DNA of 37,865 nt. Origin: Desulfobacterium sp. (lineage in GTDB: Bacteria; Desulfobacterota; Desulfobacteria; Desulfobacterales; SURF-7). Positions within the stretch are counted from its first letter, which is position 1; each line of letters starts with the position of its first letter. A program made the translations under genes and the position numbers. Below the pieces are notes generated by a model. That model was given only the letters and a program-made list of their open reading frames with translations. It ran no database searches and had not been told where the DNA came from. Below are positions 17,374-24,798 of the stretch, one piece after another. The stretch spans positions 1 to 37,865 of the forward strand of contig PNOB01000002.1 of the NCBI GenBank assembly GCA_013824585.1, written 5' to 3'.

Positions 17374-17862
17374 ATGGTTTTTGAAGATATGAAAATTGAA
17401 CTATGGGTTATCTTCCAGATTGCTGTTGATTTTATCCTGGTTGTTCTGATTTTCTGGCTACTGAAAAATATGAAAATCCGTTTGCAACAGGACATATCCA
17501 AGGATACCTCTGAAAAAGTGATGGGGATGATCGAGCCTCTTCTTACACAAGCGAATTATATTGCAACCACTTTCGGAAAACAGCTCAGGAAAAAAAATCA
17601 TCTCATCAACAAGTTGAATGAAAAACTGGATTCCCGAATCATCAGCCTCAATCTACTGCTGAACCGGACAGAATCTCTGATTGGAAAAGGAAATGCAGAT
17701 TCCGAATCCCAATCCATCCATGTATATGATCAACAGGAGTCCATTATCCAGCTATATATTGCCGGAAAAAGTCCATCCGAAATTGCAAAAACCTTATCCC
17801 TTCCCAAGGGAGAAGTGGATCTGGTTCTTGACCTGAAAAAAAAACTGCTCAACATTCAATAA
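17374..17862 (+). CDS. Hypothetical membrane-anchored coiled-coil protein with C-terminal HTH-like segment (possibly DUF2802-like)
   Basis: 162 aa with an N-terminal TM (LWVIFQIAVDFILVVLIFWLL) and a central helical region. C-terminus ESIIQLYIAGKSPSEIAKTLSLPKGEVDLVLDLKK resembles a LuxR/sigma region-4-type helix-turn-helix. The DUF2802 resemblance is from memory only. Confidence 0.55.
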   Translation: MVFEDMKIELWVIFQIAVDFILVVLIFWLLKNMKIRLQQDISKDTSEKVMGMIEPLLTQANYIATTFGKQLRKKNHLINKLNEKLDSRIISLNLLLNRTESLIGKGNADSESQSIHVYDQQESIIQLYIAGKSPSEIAKTLSLPKGEVDLVLDLKKKLLNIQ

Positions 17863-17893
17863 CCATGTTATGTTTTAAAAAACTGATACTTTT

Positions 17894-18994
17894 ATGGTTT
17901 CTGACATATCCAAAATTTTTCTTTCCTCTTCAAAGCTTTCCATTGTAAAAGATAACCAGTCTCTCCATACCCTTCCTCCTCTTCAAAAAGGCCAGCTCAT
18001 TCATGCAAAGGTTGTCAAAACACTTTCCGGTCGCCAATCACAACTTGTCATACTTGGGAAGACCCTCCTTGCACAAACCCATACCCCATTGAAAACCGGA
18101 GAAACAATTCTTCTGCGGGTTGTTCAATCCGCCCCTACACCCGTTTTTAAAATCGAACAATCAGAGTCTCCTCCGATAAAAGTACTCTATGACGCTGTGA
18201 AGTCTCTGGGTCGAACCGGCCCTTTCAAGCATATTGAAAGCCTTATCAGGCAAAACATGGCTTCCGACACTTCTGGAAGTTCTGCAACATCTTCTAAAGC
18301 AATCAGCCATTTTGTCCGTCTGATACAAAACACGGCTTTACAATCCGAACAAACCGACCCGGGCCTGTTAAATCGTTTTATTGAAAACAGTGGACTGAAA
18401 TGGGAAAACAAACTGCGTTCCTTTTTTTCCAATCCTGAATCGGTCTTGTTTGAAAAAGCGCAGGATCTTATCAACCATGATATGAAAGCCCTGGCTTTGA
18501 TTCCCGACCCGGAACACATCACACATCAATCCCTGCATTCTTTTTCCCAAGATATTGAAAACCTTCAGTTGCTTAACCAGAATTTATTTGAAGAGTCCGG
18601 CCGGCTTATATTTCATCTGCCGATATTGTTTGACGGAACCCTCACGTTTGGGCAGATTTTCATTGATCTGAATCATGCACAAGACTCTAAACCCCATGAT
18701 GAACGAACGCTTCGCGTATCTTTTTTACTGGAAATGACCCGACTGGGTGAATTTCTTGCTGATTTCTCGATCTTGAACAAACAAATCAATGGATCATTTG
18801 GTGTGGCAACTCATGAAATTCAAATGATGATCCAAGAAAACCTTCCTGAACTGGAAACAAAATTAAAATCTCACGGATTTATTGTTTATCCGATAGCCTG
18901 TCGCCTTCTCACCCCGGAAACCATAGCCGGAACCTCTTTGATCGAAAAATCCATAACCAGCTCTGAACAAGGCATGGTGAATATCCTGATATGA
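17894..18994 (+). CDS. FliK-like flagellar hook-length control protein
   Basis: 366 aa. The C-terminal segment LRVSFLLEMTRLGEFLADFSILNKQINGSFGVATHEIQMMIQENLPELETKLKSHGFIV fits the FliK C-terminal (Flg_hook) pattern. ATGA-coupled to the FlhB C-domain paralog. Confidence 0.55.
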   Translation: MVSDISKIFLSSSKLSIVKDNQSLHTLPPLQKGQLIHAKVVKTLSGRQSQLVILGKTLLAQTHTPLKTGETILLRVVQSAPTPVFKIEQSESPPIKVLYDAVKSLGRTGPFKHIESLIRQNMASDTSGSSATSSKAISHFVRLIQNTALQSEQTDPGLLNRFIENSGLKWENKLRSFFSNPESVLFEKAQDLINHDMKALALIPDPEHITHQSLHSFSQDIENLQLLNQNLFEESGRLIFHLPILFDGTLTFGQIFIDLNHAQDSKPHDERTLRVSFLLEMTRLGEFLADFSILNKQINGSFGVATHEIQMMIQENLPELETKLKSHGFIVYPIACRLLTPETIAGTSLIEKSITSSEQGMVNILI

Positions 18995-19263
18995 AAAAAA
19001 AACTAAAAAAAGCCGTTGCCCTTAAATATGATCCTCTGAAGAGCAAGGCACCCAAGGTGACCGCAAAAGGAAAAGGCGTTGTTGCCGATAAAATCATTCA
19101 ATTGGCAAAAGAACACGGGATACCGGTTAAAGATGATCCGGATCTGGTTGAGGTGTTATCCGGTCTGGAACTGGAAGCTGAAATACCGCCAAGCATTTAT
19201 ATCGTCGTTGCAGAGCTTCTTGCTTTCGCCTATTCCATGAATGGGAAAAAACGACCGGCGTAG
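18991..19263 (+). CDS. FlhB C-terminal-domain paralog (stand-alone, soluble)
   Basis: 90 aa. KKAVALKYDPLKSKAPKVTAKGKGVVADKIIQLAKEHGIPVKDDPDLVEVL...VVAELLAFAYSM aligns with FlhB residues directly after NPTH (HLAIAIRYDASKMNVPKVVAKGAGLIAERIK...AVAELLAYVYKL). It has no TM domain and no NPTH. Confidence 0.85.
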   Translation: MKKKLKKAVALKYDPLKSKAPKVTAKGKGVVADKIIQLAKEHGIPVKDDPDLVEVLSGLELEAEIPPSIYIVVAELLAFAYSMNGKKRPA

Positions 19264-19397
19264 GTATTTTTTTCCTTCCTGCTTTCCCGCATCAGACGAT
19301 TCCTATCCAACCTTTTTTCAAGGCCAATTCAAGCAAATACAGGCCAAATCATAACGGACAGACAAGTATCTCTGCGAATGCAGTTAGGACAATCAAC

Positions 19398-19413
19398 TGG
19401 CATTCATATTGCA
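19398..19413 (+). promoter_or_regulatory. Sigma-54 (-24/-12) promoter upstream of flgF
   Basis: TGGCATTCATATTGCA has exact GG/GC spacing and lies 26 nt upstream of the flgF ATG at 19439. The track TTG start (19409) falls inside this element. Confidence 0.65.
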
Positions 19414-19438
19414 CCACCATACGGAAAAGGAGAATCCA

Positions 19439-20119
19439 ATGATATTACAAATGACCCGAGCCGTACAAGGCGGCCTTCGACAGGAAAGAAAACTGGATAT
19501 CATTGCCAATCACCTGGCCAATTCGGACACCAATGGATTTAAAGGCGATATACTGGCTTTTGATGACATGTTTAAAGCAAACCTTGTGACCGATCACAGT
19601 CAAGGGGATTTGAAAGTCACCGACAACAAACTGGATCTGGCCATCAACGGCAACGGCTTCTTTAAAGTTCAAACCCAGCTGGGAATACAATACACCCGGG
19701 ACGGTAACCTAACCGTGGATCAAAATGGAACCCTGGTCACCCAAAACGGAGATCCGGTTCTTGGGAATAATGCTCCCATTGTTATTCAGGGAACGGAAAT
19801 CCACATCTCCCAGGCAGGAGAAGTGATTGTGGATGGAGATGCAATCGGAAACCTGGACGTCGTAACCTTCGAAGACCTGACACGCCTCAAAAAAACCGAT
19901 AAGTCCATGTTTCGCTATGAAGGAGATGCCGGAGCAGATGAACAGATTCCGCAAAATGTTTCTGTAGAACAGGGCTCTCTTGAAAAACCCAATATTTCCA
20001 CTACGATTGAAATGGTGGAAATGATTCAGACACACAGAATGTATGAGGCATATCAGAAAATGATCATGACTTTTGATGAAATCGATTCAAAAGCCATTCT
20101 TGAACTGGGAAGACCGTAA
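19439..20119 (+). CDS. flgF: Flagellar basal-body rod protein FlgF
   Basis: 226 aa from ATG 19439 (AAGGAG 7 nt upstream). N-terminal rod motif IIANHLANSDTNGFK; C-terminal HRMYEAYQKMIMTFDE. Confidence 0.88.
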   Translation: MILQMTRAVQGGLRQERKLDIIANHLANSDTNGFKGDILAFDDMFKANLVTDHSQGDLKVTDNKLDLAINGNGFFKVQTQLGIQYTRDGNLTVDQNGTLVTQNGDPVLGNNAPIVIQGTEIHISQAGEVIVDGDAIGNLDVVTFEDLTRLKKTDKSMFRYEGDAGADEQIPQNVSVEQGSLEKPNISTTIEMVEMIQTHRMYEAYQKMIMTFDEIDSKAILELGRP

Positions 20120-20158
20120 AAAAATCAATCCCATCTTACATGAAAACGGAGGATGAAA

Positions 20159-20941
20159 ATGATTCGATCTCTTTGGACAGCCGCATCTGGAATGAATGCC
20201 CAGCAAATGACCGTGGATGTGATCTCCAACAACCTTGCCAACGCCAACACAACCGGTTTTAAAAAAAGCCGTGCCAACTTTCAGGACCTGATGTACCAGA
20301 CCCAATTGATTGCCGGCGCTTCAACTCCCGGGGGAGGGCAGATTCCGTCAGGTATCCAGGTCGGAATGGGAACCAAACCATCCAGTGTACAAAAAATTTT
20401 TACCCAGGGTGACTATGTTCAAACCGGAAATGATCTGGATATGGCGATTGAAGGACGCGGATTTTTCAGGGTTATCAATGGAGATGAAGAACTGTACACA
20501 CGGGCTGGCAACTTTACTCTTGATAGCGAAGGTTTTCTGACAACCCCAGCCGGAGGACGGCTGCAACCGGAAATCGGTCTCCCCGCGGAAACCGTACTTG
20601 TATCCGTGCAATCAAACGGTCAACTCACTGCCTATGGTGCGGGTGATACTGTGCTTCTTACAGAACAGATCAACCTCTACACCTTTGTCAATCCATCCGG
20701 TCTTTTTGCCGTCGGTCAAAACCTGCTGCGGCCGACAGAAGGTTCCGGAGATCCCATTGAAGGAATTCCCGGTAGCGACGGTGTGGGAACCATTTCCAAC
20801 ACCTTTCTGGAAATGTCCAATGTCAGTGTTGTTGAAGAAATGGTGGCCATGATCGTCGGCCAGAGGGCATATGAGGCAAATTCTAAAACAGTCCAGACCG
20901 CGGACAGTATGCTCGGAATTGCCAACAGTGTGAAACGATAA
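20159..20941 (+). CDS. flgG: Flagellar distal rod protein FlgG
   Basis: 260 aa from ATG 20159 (MIRSLWTAASGMNAQQ...). GGAGG at 20148-20152 favours this start over ATG 20153. Motifs SNNLANANTTGFK and QRAYEANSK. Confidence 0.92.
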   Translation: MIRSLWTAASGMNAQQMTVDVISNNLANANTTGFKKSRANFQDLMYQTQLIAGASTPGGGQIPSGIQVGMGTKPSSVQKIFTQGDYVQTGNDLDMAIEGRGFFRVINGDEELYTRAGNFTLDSEGFLTTPAGGRLQPEIGLPAETVLVSVQSNGQLTAYGAGDTVLLTEQINLYTFVNPSGLFAVGQNLLRPTEGSGDPIEGIPGSDGVGTISNTFLEMSNVSVVEEMVAMIVGQRAYEANSKTVQTADSMLGIANSVKR

Positions 20942-21990
20942 TGCCGTGGAACATAAATATGAGATTCTTGAATCATCCACAAATTGACCGATTATCCATC
21001 TGGTTAGCCGGTTTTTTCGCACGGATCTGTCTCGGGCTCTTTTGTATCGGTGCAGCCAGAAGCTGGGCTTTGCCTGAGTTGCAAAGCAACAACGAACAAC
21101 CGGCCATCATCATTAAACTGCAACCATCCGCGGAGATCATTGGTTCGGAAATTTTTTTACGCGACATCGCTGTTGTTCTGGCACCCCAAGCCAATTCTGA
21201 AAAATTCCTCTCTTTGAGAATTGAAAAAGCCCCCGGCCCTGGAATGAAGCAACTGCTGTCCAGGGCAAAAATTTCCGCAGCCCTCTCTTCCCTGAACAAC
21301 ATCCAAACCGAGACAATTCTCAAAGGACCTGAATTTATTCAAATCTATCGTGCCTGTCAAACCCTTCAAGAAGAATATATTCGACTGGTTCTGCATAACT
21401 ATCTTGATGAGCAACTCAAAAACTCCGAATTCAAAATTGGAGCGATTAAGTTTCATGGGAAAAACCGGTTTCCGGCAGGCTATCTTACAGCCGCTGTCAC
21501 CCGTCATACCTCTGACAAGCTTCTTGGAAATGTAAAATTTATATTATCCATACAGATTGATAATGAACCCAATGATCCTGTTTCCGTTTCCGCTTGGATC
21601 AACCGGTATGAGGAGGTTGTTTTTACAAAACATGAATTATCAAGGGGTACTCTGGTCGCGGGACAGGATCTTTGTATGCGGAAACTGAATATATCCAAGG
21701 CCCCGGAAAATGTCTGCATGCACGTTGACGATGCCATTGGAAAAAGAATCAAACAGAATATGCGAGCCGAGACCTTTCTCCGCAGCAGCATGCTGGAAAC
21801 CCCTCCAATGATCTACAAAGGAGACCGGGTAAAAATTATTGCCGGAAATGGATTGCTCCTTGTTTCAGCAAAAGGTCTGGCCCAGACCGATGGTCATATG
21901 AACCAGCCGATCAAGGTACAAAACATTAATTCAAAACGGAATATTATCGGAAGAGTCGTGGATCACTCGACCGTGGAGGTTGCTTTTTAG
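20941..21990 (+). CDS. flgA: Flagellar P-ring assembly chaperone FlgA
   Basis: 349 aa with TAATG overlap with the flgG stop and a signal-like N-terminus. C-terminal SAF/FlgA pattern: IYKGDRVKIIAGNGLLLVSAKGLAQTDGHMNQPIKVQNINSKRNIIGRVVDHSTVEV. The start codon is uncertain. Confidence 0.8.
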   Translation: MPWNINMRFLNHPQIDRLSIWLAGFFARICLGLFCIGAARSWALPELQSNNEQPAIIIKLQPSAEIIGSEIFLRDIAVVLAPQANSEKFLSLRIEKAPGPGMKQLLSRAKISAALSSLNNIQTETILKGPEFIQIYRACQTLQEEYIRLVLHNYLDEQLKNSEFKIGAIKFHGKNRFPAGYLTAAVTRHTSDKLLGNVKFILSIQIDNEPNDPVSVSAWINRYEEVVFTKHELSRGTLVAGQDLCMRKLNISKAPENVCMHVDDAIGKRIKQNMRAETFLRSSMLETPPMIYKGDRVKIIAGNGLLLVSAKGLAQTDGHMNQPIKVQNINSKRNIIGRVVDHSTVEVAF

Positions 21991-22036
21991 CTCCCATGAA
22001 AACCCTTGAAACATTGAATGCGGAGTCTGGAAAAAA

Positions 22037-22738
22037 ATGAATAATACAAAAGATTTGATCATGAGATGGATGCTGATGTTTTTTCTTCTGATCCTATCCG
22101 GCTGTTCAACCCTGATGGGGGACGATGGCCCACGGGTTATTCACTCAGAGGGCCAGGACAGACTCAATCAGTTCTATGCCTCCATACCGCCATCCGAAGG
22201 ATCTTTATGGACCGATTCGGGAGAAATGCTGTTCATGGACAACCGGGCCAGGCGAGTTGGGGATACGGTCATTGTTGATATTGTCGAAAACGCTTCCTCA
22301 AAAATGGATGCCAACACCTCCACGAAAGGCGAATCCACCTTGAATTATGATGTGGACGGCATGACCGGGGCAGCCAATATCAATAAAAATCTGGGAGCCA
22401 GCCAGTTATTCAAAGTCGGCGCCGCCTCGGAATGGAAAGGCGCCGGTAAAAGTGACCGAAGCGGCCAGCTCACGGCGTCGGTCGGCTCGATCGTTACCCA
22501 GGTTCTCCCCAATGGAAACATAGTCGTCAATGGACAACGGGAGATGACTGTGGACAATGAAACCCAGACGATAAAGGTATCCGGAATCATCCGGCCGGAA
22601 GATATCACCCAGGACAACCGGGTAACATCCACTTTTCTGGCGGAAGCCAAAATTGAATATATTGGAAACGGAGTGCTTGCGGATAAACAATCCCCTGGCT
22701 GGGGAGTCCGTATCCTGGATAAAATCTGGCCGTTTTAA
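22037..22738 (+). CDS. flgH: Flagellar L-ring lipoprotein FlgH
   Basis: 233 aa with lipobox LILSGC. FlgH motifs: GSLWTD...LFMDNRARRVGDTVIVDIVENASS; GNIVVNGQREMTVDNETQTIKVSGIIRPEDI. Confidence 0.92.
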   Translation: MNNTKDLIMRWMLMFFLLILSGCSTLMGDDGPRVIHSEGQDRLNQFYASIPPSEGSLWTDSGEMLFMDNRARRVGDTVIVDIVENASSKMDANTSTKGESTLNYDVDGMTGAANINKNLGASQLFKVGAASEWKGAGKSDRSGQLTASVGSIVTQVLPNGNIVVNGQREMTVDNETQTIKVSGIIRPEDITQDNRVTSTFLAEAKIEYIGNGVLADKQSPGWGVRILDKIWPF

Positions 22739-22764
22739 CCCAAGATTCAGTAAAGGGGGATGGA

Positions 22765-23880
22765 ATGCAAAAAAGAACAACCGGAAAGCCAATCGGGAAA
22801 TACATATGTCCTGTCATCGCGTTTTTCGTTTTTTTGGGTAGTTTTTCAAGTGCATACGCTGTCCGGATCAAGGAGCTTATCGCCATCAAGGGGATACGGG
22901 AAAACCAGTTGATCGGCTATGGCCTGGTTGTGGGTTTAAACGGAACAGGTGATAAATCCGGATCTGAATTCACGGTTCAGTCTCTTGCCAATATGATGGA
23001 ACGGATGGGAATTCATGTAACCAAAAATCAACTGAAAGTTAAAAACGTCGCTGCTGTCATGGTTACGGCAAAACTCCCTCCTTTTGCACGGGTCGGGAAC
23101 CGGATTGATATCATGGTTTCCTCGGTAGGAGATGCAAAAAGCCTTGCCGGTGGTACTTTGCTGCTTACGCCTCTTAGCGGAGTGGATAGCAAGGTATATG
23201 CTCTGGCCCAGGGAGCGCTGGCTCTGGGTGGAGCCGGAGCCGATGGGGCCACCAAAAATCACCTGTTGGCAGCCAGAATTGCCGGAGGTGCCAGTATTGA
23301 AAAAGAAGTCCCCATGCAGTTGAACGGGAAAAAGGAATTGATTTTTACCCTGTTTAACCCGGATTTTACAACCGCACTTCGAATCACCGAAACCATCAAC
23401 CAGACCCTTGAAAAAAAATTGGCCCAGGCTCTGGATTCCGGAACCATATCCCTGACAGTCCCGAAAGAGATGGGAAAAGATGTCGCATCCTATGTCGGTA
23501 AGATTGAAAACCTTGAGGTTGTGCCGGATACGGTCGCTACAATTGTGGTGAATGAAAAAACCGGAACCATCGTGATCGGAGAAAATGTCAGAATCTCCAC
23601 CGTTGCCGTATCTCACGGAAATTTGAGTATCACCATAAAAGATCATGAAGAGGTTTCTCAGCCGAACCCACTTGCTCAGGGTCAAACCGTCACCTTAAAA
23701 GAAACCAGTATTGAAATTAAGGAAGATGATAGCAAGGTTATTCTTGTTCCGGAAGCATCCACCATCGGAGAGCTTGTCAGGGCATTGAATGCAATCGGGG
23801 TTACGCCGCGCGATCTGATCAGTATCTTTCAGAGTATAAAAGCTTCTGGAGCGCTCCAGGCCAATCTGGTGATCATATAA
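22765..23880 (+). CDS. flgI: Flagellar P-ring protein FlgI
   Basis: 371 aa with a signal peptide. RIKELIAIKGIRENQLIGYGLVVGLNGTGDK; C-terminal ELVRALNAIGVTPRDLISIFQSIKASGALQANL. Confidence 0.95.
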   Translation: MQKRTTGKPIGKYICPVIAFFVFLGSFSSAYAVRIKELIAIKGIRENQLIGYGLVVGLNGTGDKSGSEFTVQSLANMMERMGIHVTKNQLKVKNVAAVMVTAKLPPFARVGNRIDIMVSSVGDAKSLAGGTLLLTPLSGVDSKVYALAQGALALGGAGADGATKNHLLAARIAGGASIEKEVPMQLNGKKELIFTLFNPDFTTALRITETINQTLEKKLAQALDSGTISLTVPKEMGKDVASYVGKIENLEVVPDTVATIVVNEKTGTIVIGENVRISTVAVSHGNLSITIKDHEEVSQPNPLAQGQTVTLKETSIEIKEDDSKVILVPEASTIGELVRALNAIGVTPRDLISIFQSIKASGALQANLVII

Positions 23881-23898
23881 ACAGGAGAAAGATCATTC

Positions 23899-24315
23899 AT
23901 GGAAATTCAATCACACAAAAACAATACATCCGTAACCAAAACAGACAATCCTTCGGAAAACACCAAATTGAAACAGGCTTGTGCGGATTTTGAAGCGATC
24001 CTTCTGGATTCCATGTTTCAGTCCATGAGGAAAACCCTTTCCGGGGATGATATTTTTGGAAAAAGTCTGGGCCGGGATATCTATGAATCCATGTATTACA
24101 CTCAAATCTCAAAAGAACTTGCCACAGAAGGCAATGGTCTTGGTTTGGAACAAATTCTGTATCAGCAGTTGAGCAGCCGCATGGGAAAGAAACCGGATCA
24201 TGGCTCTATCCCCGGATTAAGTCGAAACGATCCACTTCAGAAATACGGAAAAACCTCCGATAAAGGTATAGGTGCATTAAAAAAGGAGATTCGCAATGGA
24301 GACTTCAATCAATGA
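23899..24315 (+). CDS. flgJ: Rod-binding protein (FlgJ N-terminal domain only, no muramidase domain)
   Basis: 138 aa. KQACADFEAILLDSMFQSMRKT...GRDIYESMYYTQISKELA matches the rod-binding domain pattern. Sits after flgI. Confidence 0.75.
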   Translation: MEIQSHKNNTSVTKTDNPSENTKLKQACADFEAILLDSMFQSMRKTLSGDDIFGKSLGRDIYESMYYTQISKELATEGNGLGLEQILYQQLSSRMGKKPDHGSIPGLSRNDPLQKYGKTSDKGIGALKKEIRNGDFNQ

Positions 24316-24796
24316 TATTGAAACCTTATTTTATCAAAAAATAGAAACCTATGAACAACTGGTTGATCTTTTTACCCAGGAAAGAAAGAGCCTGGAAAGT
24401 GCAGATATTGAAGCCATGTGGAGATATTCCGACCAGAAGCAAAAAATTTCAAACCGAATTGTTGAAATCCGTATGTGCATCCTTACTATTCTGAACAAAT
24501 TCGGTATTCTTCATGACATGAATGCAACCACGTTTCACACACCAAAAATAATCTCCCTGGTGCCTAAAAAACAAGGGCGAAACCTTCAGAAAATCTATGT
24601 CTCCCTGATTACGATAAAAAATAAAGTTCGGGCTCTGTCTGAAGAAAACAAAAAATTCGTGGAAGACTACCTGGGGATACTGGATGAACTTATTGGAATC
24701 ATAACCAATGCTGGAAAACCCAAACCCGTGTATGACAGTATGCGCAACTGCAATGCCGGGAAAAAAACCAATCTGTTGCTGCACAAAGAGGTATAG
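24296..24796 (+). CDS. FlgN-like export chaperone (putative, for FlgK/FlgL)
   Basis: 166 aa helical protein (IETLFYQKIETYEQLVDLFTQERKSLESADIEAMWRYSDQKQKISNRI...). Overlaps flgJ by 20 nt and sits directly upstream of flgK. The assignment rests mainly on position and general pattern. Confidence 0.45.
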   Translation: METSINDIETLFYQKIETYEQLVDLFTQERKSLESADIEAMWRYSDQKQKISNRIVEIRMCILTILNKFGILHDMNATTFHTPKIISLVPKKQGRNLQKIYVSLITIKNKVRALSEENKKFVEDYLGILDELIGIITNAGKPKPVYDSMRNCNAGKKTNLLLHKEV

Positions 24797-24798
24797 CC

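Noticed and set aside
4663-19002. Homopolymeric A8-A9 tracts (4663-4670 in fliL, 17836-17844, 18994-19002 at the fliK-like/flhB-paralog junction) as phase-variation switches
   Set aside because: They encode Lys runs, as expected in an AT-rich genome. They are short for efficient slippage, and no poly-G/C tracts occur. There is no evidence of variation from a single sequence.
19064-19091. Perfect sigma-28 -10 octamer GCCGATAA (19084-19091)
   Set aside because: It lies inside the FlhB-paralog CDS (codons for VADKII). The -35 is only CAAA/AAAA at a 15-16-nt spacing, and a strong sigma-54 promoter already precedes flgF. It is kept as a low-probability internal promoter that transcription start mapping could test.
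22936-23685. 249-aa minus-strand ORF
   Set aside because: It lies entirely antisense to the strongly conserved flgI. The product is low-complexity and unfamiliar, with no Shine-Dalgarno. This is a typical shadow ORF.
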